A stretch of DNA of 56,122 nucleotides, counting the filler, from Sphacelaria rigidula (Eukaryota): the NCBI GenBank assembly GCA_964200075.2. It is 6 parts of 6 records of this genome, joined end to end, with 100 filler letters (N's around TTAATTAATTAA, not from the genome) between each part and the next. Parts side by side here need not be neighbours in the genome. Positions count along the whole stretch, not along the records: positions 1 to 9,272 come from CAXNAA020008867.1; positions 9,373 to 18,644 come from CAXNAA020008868.1; 4 more parts are not named here. One strand, given 5' to 3'. Under the pieces are notes generated by a model. It searched no databases. It was not told the origin of the DNA and saw nothing but the letters and a program-made list of their open reading frames with translations. Of this stretch, positions 1 to 10,516 are shown piece by piece; positions within the stretch are counted from its first letter, which is position 1, and each line of letters opens with the position of its first letter. The translations under genes and the position numbers were made by a program.

Positions 1-50
1 AAATTTTTTTTGCCAAGCAAAAAACGGCATACCCGCTCCCCCCCCCACTG

Positions 51-117
51 GATCTCAGTCGAATGGGATGCGTGTCCAATGGTCAAATGACTAAGGCAAG
101 CAACAAATGAGTACGCC
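51..117 (+). mobile_element. 5'-truncated C-tailed LINE-like retroposon (family A), 13-bp TSD
   Basis: gggatgcgtg..aatggtcaaatgactaaggcaagcaacaaatgagtacg followed by a C-run. Flanked by CCCCCCCCCACTG at 38-50 and 118-130. Confidence 0.8.
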
Positions 118-142
118 CCCCCCCCCACTGTGACGTTTCCAG

Positions 143-415
143 GTATACGTGAACCCCTGCGACGAGGCAGCCCCGCCCGCATCGAAGTATGTCATCCGCC
201 AAATGCCCAAGTCGGTGCACCTCACAGGACCCCTCTCTTCTTCGTTCGCATCTACTCCTCGGGTCATGAGGTCGGTGCTACGGCGCCCGCCGCCGCGCCG
301 GCCTGCCGGGGAGTTGCTGGAGAAAGCGGTGTGGCGCGATCACCTCGGGGTTATTCCGAACCCGGGCTACGAACCAAATTCGCTGCTGTTCGGTAAGGGC
401 AAGGCTGCCTATGAG
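143..415 (+). CDS. PAN2: PAN2 deadenylase subunit, internal exon (linker upstream of the UCH-like domain)
   Basis: tttccAG acceptor at 141-142 and GTGGGT donor at 416. 91 open codons VYVNPC...RRPPPRRPAGELLEKAVWRDHLGVIPNPGYEPN...AAYE resemble the PAN2 linker (RPPP..D.EIL......IGY.PNP). Splices in frame to the 2676 exon. Confidence 0.75.
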
Positions 416-505
416 GTGGGTGGGTGTGGGGTGGGTACCCCCCTTCCTCGGGGGTAGCGGGGGTAGGGGTGTACCCGGGAGCGTGGTGGGGGGAGAGGGG
501 AGGGG

Positions 506-700
506 CGGGGGCGTACTCATTCGTTGCTTGCCTTGATCGTTTGATCGTTGACTACGCATCCCATTTGAGACGGAGCACCGTTCCTGCTCCACATAGAGAC
601 ATCTCCAATATTCCGGCGCTCATTACGTTTCTTCCATCTGTGGCCACCATCTATCTCCTAGTATAGCCATCGTTTTCTCCCTACTGTCTAATGCGTCAAA
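506..700 (-). mobile_element. C-tailed LINE-like retroposon family A fragment with internal deletion
   Basis: Reverse complement matches about 5210-5272 and 5325-5437. Ends atgagtacgccccc. Confidence 0.8.
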
Positions 701-1734
701 CACAGAGGGGGGAAGGGGGGGAGAGCTGCTCATGAACCTTGGCCTTGTTGGACAGGCGAGTGATACTGCTGTGACTTAGTTCATCGGCCCCGTTGTCTAC
801 GAGTCTGCCGGTTATTGGGATATTGACCATCCTTACCTTGACTACTCCCGTGCTTGAGTATATGACCCTTGATCCTTTGCCCGCCACGGTGAATTACATT
901 TCAAGCGAAAATAATGCTGATTCAACAGATTGCCCCACTCTGGGGGTCAAATGATTTCGATAAAACAGGTTCGTCTAGAAAACAATCGTAGTGGGAGTGA
1001 AGGGGGGGGGGTTGGGGGGAGGGAGGGAGGAGAGGATGCTCAAAGACGTATGTGAGGTGGCTCAAAAGAGTAGTACAGCCGTACCGGCGCGGTGCCCAGC
1101 TCAGAGTTGGGGCGATTCAACCCTCAGAAAACAATGTGTGTCTGCGGTAGGGGTGGTAGACCAAGAGAGAAGGGTGTGTCCTTGCTTCCCCCGATCGTAT
1201 GTTGCTGCTAGTTAGTGTCAACGCCTTATCGATGACTGTACGAAAGTGTGAAAAGTGGAGCAGGTCGCGGAATACGTTTTCCCCGTTCCGTGGGAGAGGA
1301 TATTCGTGTGTTGCTCGGCCGTTTCTTCCGGTTCGTTGTCTGCCGTCGTAATTTGCAGATAACGAGGAAGGAATACAAGATGCCTACGTTCTTACGGTTG
1401 GTTTTTTCACAAGATTTTCGAGGAACAAAAATACAAGACGAGGGAAATTTTACGAGATGGGCTCTCCTGGCTTGTATTTGAAAAAAAATTACGAGACGAG
1501 ATCGACTTGTATTTTTTTCTCGTATTTTTCATTCGTGGCGCGGCGAGACAAGCAATGTCCGCCAGCCCTGAATATGTTTGTGCCCTTCGACATCTGCGTG
1601 ACTCTCCTGACAGCAATATCGAACAGCCCCAGCGCCGTTTATACACTACACCAAACTTTGCTTCGGCATCCTGGCGCACGCAAGATGTCGTCAGGGGTTG
1701 ATGATCTATTGGCATCGACCGTGCTCTCGAAAAA

Positions 1735-2302
1735 CTGCAGCATAGACAGTACCCAGCGCAGAGATTACGTGATACTGTCTGTACTGTTTCATGCAGTGAG
1801 TTGTAGGTGTCAGTTTGCACAAAACGGTAGTACGCACGGCTGTAGTAAAAATGATGCGTAAAATATGAGATATGTGGACAGCGTGCAATACAGACAACAC
1901 TAGGCAGTACTGTACCGTCTATACTGCCGCATTAAACAGTAGGATCCACAAGCCATGCTGCCCCCAACGGCTGCCTGGGCGACGTGCAGTGCAGACAGTA
2001 GTACATGGCTTGTCCTGCCGCATTCGACAGTACAGTAGGACTGAAATGTTGGTTTGCCAGTACGATAGTGTACAACGGCTGCACTAAATATGATGTGGGC
2101 AACGTGCAGTACAGACAGAACTAAGCAGTACAGTATGCATGCGCGCATGTCAGGTTGCAGACGGTAATACACAACGGCTGCACTGAAATTGATGTGTAGG
2201 AGTGCAGTACAGACAGTACTATACAGTACAGTACCACTGTCTGTACTGCCGCATACGGGATACGGCAGTATAGATCGAAGATGTCAGTTTGCACACAGTA
2301 CG
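1735..2302. repeat. Degenerate satellite-like array (about 100-130 nt units)
   Basis: Recurring blocks tgcagtacagacag / ctgtctgtactgccgcat / tgtcagtttgcac / caacggctgcact, 4-5 times. Confidence 0.6.
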
Positions 2303-2675
2303 AGCTGGGCCAGCAGCGATCGGGGGGGGGGGGGTTATGTTTCACGTCTTCTTACACCAACACAGGAAGCTTGGCATGGCGAAGTCTTCAGGTCTTTGTA
2401 CCCCGCCTTGGCGTGCACACCCCCTTTGAATTTCGCTGACCGTACTTTTGGTACCTCCCCACTATTTTTGGTACACCACCCCCCTCAAAAATATATCTGG
2501 AGCCGTAAGCTAGGGTCAACATCTCACTGTATTTTCCTAGCGGTGTTTTTTTTCTCATAATATGTTGTAGAATACAAGGGGAAAAAATGAACCGGAAGAA
2601 ACGGTCTTATGCCTGCTTTAGCTCTCAATCGAGTTTTTATTGATTTCACGTTGGTTTTTTTTTCAAACAAAAAAG

Positions 2676-2800
2676 GTGGTTGACCCTAGAAGGCGAAAAG
2701 ACAAGGACACTCCGGTGTTCGATCGACGGAATCGTGGAGACGGTCTAGGTGGATCCGCCTCCAGCGCGCAAAAGATGGGCCTGGAGGATGTACCGCGTCG
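2676..2800 (+). CDS. PAN2: PAN2 internal exon
   Basis: T-tract then aaAG acceptor, GTGAGC donor at 2801. Encodes VVDPRRRKDK...MGLEDVPR; the phase-2 end (cg) joins g at 3194 to give VPRRYRRP, like PAN2 VPKKYRKV. Confidence 0.8.
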
Positions 2801-2896
2801 GTGAGCGAGCGGTGCTAGACAAGAAGAAAGAACAATCATGACTCCTTCTTTTTGTTTTTTTTTCGAGTCCAGCACTTTCCACCTGCCTCTTTCTCT

Positions 2897-3160
2897 GTGT
2901 TTGTTGTTGTTGTTGTGGTTGTTGTGGTGACGAGTACTTTACGATATCATGAAGCAAGTCGAAGGGGTACTACTGCACTCACAACTCCGTGTGTTGAAGA
3001 TCCCCTAGTCGTGGCCCGTGGAGCAAGCCTTCCCTGTGTGGTCTACAAGTCGGCACCGGCGGTACTTGACATAATGTCATGATGAACGGCAGTGGGCACC
3101 ACTTGTGAACAGTCAACACACGAGACCAGCTTACTCTGCCCCCGCATTCCCCTAACACTT
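2897..3160 (-). mobile_element. Possible retroposon ending in a (CAA)n tail inside a PAN2 intron
   Basis: Minus strand ends in cacaacaaccacaacaacaacaacaaac. Only one copy in the window, so unconfirmed. Confidence 0.3.
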
Positions 3161-3193
3161 CCATGCACCCGCCCCGCCATTTTGTTGGACAAG

Positions 3194-3313
3194 GTACCGC
3201 CGTCCGGCTCTAAATTTGGGGCGACGAGGGTTCGACGGTTTCGACTTCAGCCGTTACAACACTACCGAATACGCCGGTCTCGAGAATGGTATGGCGCACG
3301 CCTACGTCAACAG
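3194..3313 (+). CDS. PAN2: PAN2 exon, start of the inactive UCH/USP-like domain
   Basis: Encodes YRRPALNLGRRGFDGFDFSRYNTTEYAGLENGMAHAYVN, matching the PAN2 signature DFDF..YN.T.(Y/F)AGLE....N(A/S)Y.N. AG/GT boundaries; phases agree with both neighbouring exons. Confidence 0.88.
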
Positions 3314-3322
3314 GTGTGTAGG

Positions 3323-3403
3323 TGTTATTCTCCAGTGTGCGTCATACTCCAGTGTGTGTCTTACTCCAGTGCGTGTCATACTCCAGTGTGTGTCATACTC
3401 CAG
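3323..3403 (+). repeat. 17-nt minisatellite (gtgtgtcatactccagt) x ~5 just after a PAN2 donor site
   Basis: tattctccagtgtgcgt catactccagtgtgtgt cttactccagtgcgtgt catactccagtgtgtgt catactccag. Confidence 0.9.
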
Positions 3404-3931
3404 CGTTGGGATATTTTCATTCCCCTCCTTTATATATTATTGTTTTGTTATACAGGCTGGGCCGCCGAAGAAACGGACTTTTCTTCAGCCCGTTCTAACT
3501 GACGATGTATCGCGAGTTATGCCTACTAAGACACATCGTGGTGATATGCAAATCAGAACGCGTCTTTCGATCCACGTAGCACTGCGATCCGACAAGTCCC
3601 CATCAAACAGAATACCGAACTGCAGTCAGCTGCAAATCGTAAAGAGTGAAGGGTGACATGTGCGGCGGAATTAGGGCAACAAAACGGCTGAAATCGTATC
3701 TTCGGTTAGAGTCGGTTGTGCCCCGGCCGCAAAGTGGTGGTGCTGCACAAGTTGTGATTGTACTGTAGGCACGCAGTGTCTGAGATGACACGCAGACGAG
3801 GCCTCAAGCGCGCCAAAATCTGATAGTAGTGTGTGAAGCAGTGAGCAGTGGGTGAAGAAAGCTTGTAGAGAACGTCAAAGTCCCGGCTGAGGTTGTTGTG
3901 CTCTGAAAGGAAGTCAACCGGTTCTCGACAG

Positions 3932-4229
3932 ATAAGCGCGGTTGCGCTGCTCAATTTCGAGTCGTTTTCCATAAAATTTTGTCACGATGTACATGAGGTA
4001 TGTGCGAAGCCCTTATCGTTTCCCCCCTCATTTTGTTTTTTTCCTCGTGAGTGATTGGTGATCGATATTCCGGAACAATTTTCTCGGTACAAAAGCGTCG
4101 ACAAGTCATCGACACAACAAAATGAGTAAAGGGAGGAAGGACAATAAAGTCTTTACAACATACCTCATGCACACCGTGTCAAGATTTCGTGGGAAAAGGC
4201 TTGAAATTGAGAAGCATAACCGCGTTTCA
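3932..4229. mobile_element. Foldback MITE, copy 1
   Basis: Long imperfect inverted arms (gcgcggttgcgctgctcaatttc...aaaattttgtcacgatg / caccgtgtcaagattt...gaaattgagaagcataaccgcg). Homologous to the 4282-4667 copy. Confidence 0.7.
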
Positions 4230-4281
4230 TTCTTTCGTGGCTGGGTTGGTCCATCTCCACATGGGAACCTGTCTTCGATAC

Positions 4282-4667
4282 GAACACACGGTTATGCTGC
4301 TCAGTTTGGGGTCGTTCTCTATGAAATTTTGACACGATGTGAAGGACGTATGTGCGACGACCCCATTACCCCCCCCCCTCCCCCTACATTGCTCCGTCTC
4401 GAAAGGGATGCGTGGTCGATGGTCAAACGACTAAGGCAAGCAACAAATGAGTACGCTCCCCCCCTACATCTTTCGTTTTCTCCGTGAGTTATTGGCGACT
4501 AAACATTTCAGAGCAGTATTTCCGGGACTAAATCGTGAATAACTCACGAAAAACAAAAAATGTATTTGGGGGGGGTGATGGAGTCTTCGCACATACGTCC
4601 CGTCGTTTACATCGTGTCAAAATTTGATGGTGAACGACCCATGATTGAGCAGCATAATCGTGTGTTC
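4282..4667. mobile_element. Foldback MITE, copy 2, interrupted by a C-tailed retroposon
   Basis: Arms gaacacacggttatgctgctca...aaattttgacacgatg / catcgtgtcaaaattt...tgagcagcataatcgtgtgttc. Confidence 0.75.
4390..4459 (+). mobile_element. 5'-truncated C-tailed retroposon family A, 10-bp TSD
   Basis: tgctccgtctcgaaagggatgcgtggtcgatggtcaaacgactaaggcaagcaacaaatgagtacg, flanked by CCCCCTACAT at 4380-4389 and 4460-4469. Confidence 0.85.
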
Positions 4668-4707
4668 ACATTCCTGTCCGCGTCTTGGGCGGCCTAGCGT
4701 GTACTTT

Positions 4708-4858
4708 CACACCCTGCATAATGGGAATAGAAGACATCGTTAACACGTATACCGCGTACAGTATCGACTATTGCGTCTTTTTGCAATAGACAATGGATTC
4801 CATACTGTATGCAGTACATCTTTTGACAATGGAATCTATCGCCATTATCCAGGGTGTG
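4708..4858. mobile_element. CACACCCTG-ended MITE (~150 bp)
   Basis: TIRs cacaccctgcataatgg / ccattatccagggtgtg. Internal sequence shared, inverted, with 10379-10516. Confidence 0.75.
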
Positions 4859-4884
4859 CATACTCTTACTCCCCCTCCCCCCGC

Positions 4885-5437
4885 TTAGACGCAAAGTAGA
4901 CGAGGAAGAACACCTGAAGATATGCGATAAGCTGAGAGAGGAGATAGGGATGAAAACATATTTGCATGGCCCCATGGACGCGGCGGAAGATCTGAAACTG
5001 CGATTTCGGATCGAGGACCTGGACCCGCCAGAAAGAAGAAGGAGATTTACTAGTCGTCGAGAGGAGGAGGAAGTTGATGGACGGAATTGCTCGTGGAGCA
5101 AAGCAATAGAGAGCAGAAGTCATATAGTGGAAGAATGTGAACTATACAAGGAGGAACGGGACGTGCTAGAGGGGGAAATGCGGAACGTGAGCGAAGATGG
5201 TATGAAATCGTTTGATGCATTAGGCAGTAGGGAGAAAACGATGGCTATACTAGGAGATGGATGGTGGCCACAGACGGCGAAACAGGACGGGGATAAGATA
5301 TGTGGAAGGCTTCTGTGCAATGTGTGGAAGAAACATAATGAGCGCCGGAATGTTGGAGGTGTCTCTATTAGGAGTAGGAAAGGTGCTTCATCTCGAAAGG
5401 GATGCGTGGTCAACGGTTTAACGACTAAGGCAAACAA
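4885..5437 (+). mobile_element. 3' part of a non-LTR retrotransposon (family A) with C-terminal ORF remnant
   Basis: Open frame ...LKLRFR...NCSWSKAIESRSHIVEECELYKEER...GCVVNGLTTKA, containing a degenerate C-x-C-x8-H-x4-C zinc knuckle typical of LINE ORF2 C-termini. The same 3' end occurs as short truncated copies elsewhere in the window. Confidence 0.75.
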
Positions 5438-5501
5438 CGCCGGCTTTGTAGGGATGCGAGGTCAATGGTCTGATGACTATGGCATGCATGATCATGAGTA
5501 C

Positions 5502-5559
<58 letters not shown>

Positions 5560-5580
5560 CCCCCCGCCGCCCCCCCCCCC
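5438..5580 (+). mobile_element. C-tailed retroposon family B 3' end plus long C tract
   Basis: gccggctttgtagggatgcgaggtcaatggtctgatgactatggcatgcatgatcatgagtaca followed by a C-run. Same as copies at 12593, 28293 and 56042. Confidence 0.75.
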
Positions 5581-5914
5581 CTCCTTGGTCGGGGGGCGGG
5601 GACAGTGGTCGGGTGACTATTGCATGTATGATTATGATTACCCCCCCCCCCCCCCCGGCTACCCCCGCTCCTGTAGGACCAGTCTGTAGTCTCGAGGGAT
5701 CAACTGACTTATCTCTTCCTCGTCTCTTTCACCCCGTAGCATTGTATTTTCGAGGTTCGAATCAGCACTCAGGTGCTCGTATCATCAGTCCGACGGCCCG
5801 TCCGCCTTTTATTGGTACACAACTTTCGGCTTGCTCACGCGTCCTTGGGCCCTCCGACGACGGGAGCAAACACACCACTGACTCGTTGTAATTATCGTTA
5901 ACTTCATGGCCTTT

Positions 5915-6010
5915 GTTGACTTGCATTGACCTTATTGACTTCATTGGCTCCATTGGCTCCATTGGCTTCATGGACTATCGATTTGATCGATTTTCATTGA
6001 TCCCATTGTT
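5915..6010. repeat. 9-nt minisatellite (cattggctc / cattgactt)
   Basis: Directly visible tandem units. Confidence 0.7.
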
Positions 6011-6439
6011 TTTATTGGTTGATCCGGTGGATTTCGTTCAGTTGTCGTACGTCAGACGTGGGTGCTGGCATTAGAAAGACTGGAAGGCGCATTTTTTTGC
6101 ATGGGCACAAAAGAATCACCTACGTACCACATGCAAAAGCAGGACAAACCTAGACGGGTACGTAAGTCTCTGATTAACTGCTCCACCGGGTGTTATGCCA
6201 TGAGCGAGAGGCGCTGAAGCACTCTGCCATGTTACGGGTGGAGGTTGTGTGCTCCTAGATAACCTGTAGGGCATGCTATAAAGATCTCGGTATCGCCGCG
6301 CTGTGGTGGTCTAAAGTAATAACACGCCACCAATAGTTGCATAAGATGCAAGGTTGCGGATTCAAATCCAGACAAATGATATACCGAGTATTGGTTTGTA
6401 GCAGATTGTGGCTTCCATCGCTGAAACTGCGTTTGGACG

Positions 6440-6610
6440 TGATTGAGCGGAGAAATTTCGGCTAGAGTCGACGCGGTGCGCGGAAGCGCTGATCCTGGTC
6501 CAACCCCGATACCAAAATGTCAAGCAGACCCAGGCATGTTCCAGGGGGAGAGATGGGTTAGTTAATCCCTTGAGACTAAAGCACTCTTCCCGCATAATGG
6601 GAGGGGGGTG
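6440..6610 (+). mobile_element. Degenerate SINE 3' half
   Basis: gtcgacgcggtgcg...ggggagagatgggtt...atcccttgagac, homologous to the 48471-48767 SINE. Confidence 0.55.
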
Positions 6611-6730
6611 TTACTAAGCGTATGGCGAGGGAAGAGAAGTGAGTAAAGGTATCAAAAGAGTCGGCCACCCACGGCGACATGCGATCTCTCTCAAGCCTAT
6701 CCCACCAAGGTTAATGCCCTACTTAACAAG

Positions 6731-7004
<274 letters not shown>

Positions 7005-7675
7005 AGAGAAAACACGCTTTGGTTCGGGTACGAAAACGGCAGCCTTCAGCAGGAGTAGGAGCCCCGTAAACCAGAGACACATACGACGGAGGTGTCTACG
7101 GAGCAATACAGCGTTTCTGACGTTCGCGTTTCAAAGCCGTTGAATCCGTGCAAGCTTTTTGTTCACGTGTGGCAGTTTGGACCAGCGGGACGCGATGGTG
7201 ACGGACTGGGCTGTGTTTATCTCAATACATACTGCAATATATGCGTCTGGTCAATTCTACTCTGCTCTATTGTATCCTGTCCTATTCTATACTATAGTGA
7301 CACCAAAATCAATATGGAGTGTACGCATTTAAAAAGCGTACGAAAGAGCAAAACAAAATGTGGGGTGTGTTATGTTATATAAAAAGTGACTTCGGTGCGA
7401 GTTCATGAGGCATTTCAGTGCGTGATGCGTGATTGATTCTCGGCCCCCCCTCTCATTCATTCAAAACAGTTTTTCCCCCTCGTCAGGTCTCATTGTCTAT
7501 TGGGGGGGAAGTGTGTCACTAGCTTCTTTTTTCAATGCTTCTGTGAAATTTCAGCATAATATCTTCCCCCTTTCTGTCTGTTTCCACCTATCTCTGCCTG
7601 CCCGTCCTTCTTTTTTTTTCCCTCTCTCTCCTTCTTGCTGCCTCGTCCCCGCTGTTCTGTTTACTTGCTCCTCAG

Positions 7676-7733
7676 CATACTCCAGCTACTGTTCTTCATT
7701 CCTGAGGCGAGAGAAGCGGCCTTGCGTGAGCAG
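7676..7733 (+). CDS. PAN2: PAN2 exon (UCH-like domain continued)
   Basis: Long pyrimidine tract, ctcAG acceptor, GTACGT donor. The phase-2 join gives AYVN-S-ILQLLFFIPEAREAALREQ, the USP Cys-box helix without the catalytic Cys, as in PAN2. Confidence 0.85.
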
Positions 7734-8195
7734 GTACGTCCATCTGCAAGGTTTTGATGGTCGGCCCAACACACGAAGCGACCAAAGGAATTCGGCTTGC
7801 AATAGTTGCACGAGAGCAGACTTTACCGTTTTGGAGCATAGTTTGTGAGTCATGCGTGTACATTATCTTGATATAGATATATTTAGTATCTGTATTCGGA
7901 ATACCTTATTTTATTAATTTCAGACATATACGTCTAACTAAGATTACGTGTGAACGCTCCCGTGCAAGCGGGACAATTAGACCTACTCTTAACACAGTAC
8001 ACTTCACAATCCCCTTCAGCTCGACGTCACCCTGCGACAGTTTTCATCTTCGAAAGCTTGATGAGATAGTGCAATGTTTTCCCATCACCATTTACCTTTG
8101 ACAAGGGCGAGATTCGACCTTCGATCCAAGCAGTCAGTACCTGAAAGTATGCGCGTAACAGGCAATACGCGGAACCCTGATGGTGGATCCGACAC

Positions 8196-8259
8196 TTTGA
8201 TTCTGAAAAACGGAGATTTGATTTTGAAAAATGGAAATTTGATTCTGAAAAACGGAATT
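8196..8259. repeat. 21-nt tandem repeat x3
   Basis: tttgattctgaaaaacggaga tttgattttgaaaaatggaaa tttgattctgaaaaacggaa. Confidence 0.9.
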
Positions 8260-9272
8260 TTCATGTTTACATGCACACACGATAAATACAGGAGACGCCA
8301 GAACGCAACAAGAGCGTCCCTGTTTCCTTCGGGAGAGAGTTTTCTTTCGACCATGTCGCTGTGTATGTCTAACATGTGTTTCTGCATTCCGCAAAACACA
8401 TAATAACGTAAGGTTGATCAGGTCGTGCAACGTTTTCTCCGCCATCGTTCACCTCTTTGTTGTTGCCTGCTTGTAGACTTCCGCGCGGCGCTTTTTTTGT
8501 CGGCCTCTCTGCGTCTCTTAGATTCGATTTCTCAATAGACGCCCTCGGTTGAACGTTCTTCGTGAATTGTTGTCGTACAGGTAGAGGTTGATCCGCAAAT
8601 TTTGAGGGATATTTCACCTTGCATTTTGTACACAATTACATTGCTTCTTAGTAAGCAAGATACATACTGGGGTGCGACACAGGTGTTTCGCGAAGGTTTC
8701 CTGGTGTGCCTTCACTTTTCCGTCTTGACTTTGTGCAGCTGTTTGCAAGAAGTTTGTTGTAGGAAAAACGTCTTCCCATCACACTTTTTTCTCGCGGGGG
8801 GATTTTGTCCACGTGGTCCGTCATAACCTCGGTAAATGAAGTCGCGTCCTCTTTTCTTACCCAAGAAATATAGCTTTTTTTCGTTGAATGTCGAATGTTA
8901 AAAATGCATATGGTGTAGCGAATTTCAACCAACTGTTGCAATACATCAACTTCTGAGCAAACTCCTACTTTTGGAGAACGAATCCACTTTTTTCTCCGTG
9001 CTTAACTTTGTTTTTTTCAAGAACGCGTTGTCTATGACACATTCGGGTGTTCCGCGTTCTTCACACTATTAACTCTTTCGGGACCGGACCCCCACTAACA
9101 CAGGGTTGACCCTGTGTTAGTGGAATAATAAAAAATAAATCTTCGAGCACCCTACCCAATCACGGCGAGGCGAAATTCATCGACTAGACCCGAATGACCA
9201 GCGCGGAGATTGCTGTCGGATGTGATGCCACTGCAAAGATCGTGGGGGGCCCTATCCCTGGCCCAGATAAGC

Positions 9273-9372
9273 NNNNNNNNNNNNNNNNNNNNNNNNNNNN
9301 NNNNNNNNNNNNNNNNTTAATTAATTAANNNNNNNNNNNNNNNNNNNNNNNNNNNNNNNNNNNNNNNNNNNN
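9273..9372. other. Artificial contig spacer (N44-TTAATTAATTAA-N44)
   Basis: All-frame stop linker within Ns. Confidence 0.98.
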
Positions 9373-10378
9373 GGAGGCGGGGCCGTGGGTGGAAGGTGGT
9401 CCTCCCCGGGAGGGGGGGGGGGGGGGGAGGGGGGGGGGGGGGGGACAGAGAGGGAGAGACGGAAAGCATATGAGTACGCAACCGCAGAAAAAACACAGGA
9501 ATATCCTGCACGCAAAAGAGACTCCACAGAAGTGACAGGTTTGTAGCGGATCAAACTAGCGGTGCACTTGATTTCGTTGGCGGACGGAGCATTCACTCCG
9601 ATCAGTGAGTGCACGTGAGAGAGAAAACGTATGCTTCCATAGAACAGAAGACTGGCGATGGTGTGAGCTGTACGCGATGAACATACATATATCGGTACGA
9701 ATACCGTACCGATAACTCGTGTCATGAGCCGTGCTACGGTATGAGAGCACAAAATCTTCTGGGCCGGAGGACTGGACTTATATATAGACAGACTCTCGCC
9801 CACCCGCACTCTTGGTAGTGCAGTCGAGACGAAGTTGCCTCTGATCGTGAGGCGATCCTCCCGCGGGCAGAGGTCACCAATAAGCTTCGGTGAGAGAGGG
9901 TGTCAATCTGAGTAGGCGGCAGTAATGCCGAGCAAGAGCCACATCGTGTAAATACCTCAGACACACGTGTTGGCCAAAAACGTGCACACTACCCACCGCA
10001 TTGTAGCACAACTCTGATCTGAATAATATCGAGCGGATGTGTGAGATCGTACGTCAACGCAAAAGTATTGCTCTTGGCGTACTCACGTCACACATCTCTC
10101 CTCGTCCGGATCTCCCAGTATTTCCTTGAGTTTCTCTTCCGCCTCTCTTATGGCATCCCTTTGCCTATCCAGCACCTGGTTGGATTATGGTGAGGAGAAG
10201 GGGGGGGGGGGTTGGGAGTTGGGAGGGGGAATAAGCAAATGCGAGGGATTTCTCTCTTGAATAGACCACCGTTGCGATGCCGGTGAGATCGACTTTCAAA
10301 CTGAGATGGTCACAAGATACCAACTTCGACTCCAACCCGGATCACCACGTTGAAGCGCGAGTAGAAACGAAAAACGAC

Positions 10379-10516
10379 CACACCCTGGACAAAAGATTAT
10401 CTTGTAAAAAAATGTACTGCGTACAGTATGGAATATATTGTCTGTTGCGACAGGCGCACTAGTCGATACTGTATGCAGTACACTCTTTGGCTGTGTTTTC
10501 TTTTGTCCAGGGTATG
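10379..10516. mobile_element. CACACCCTG-ended MITE
   Basis: TIRs cacaccctggacaaaaga / tcttttgtccagggtatg. Homologous to 4708-4858. Confidence 0.75.

Noticed and set aside
4854-5891. 345-aa ORF with poly-proline as a host gene
   Set aside because: It is a chimera of a LINE C-terminal remnant, a second retroposon end and poly-C tracts, lying inside a PAN2 intron.
9317-9328. TTAATTAATTAA as a biological motif with ~9.37-kb periodicity
   Set aside because: It is an assembly linker embedded in Ns; the periodicity reflects size-sorted contigs.
9500-10092. Solo LTR
   Set aside because: It has a TATA-like box and a ...TCACA end, but no clear matching TG start or TSD.
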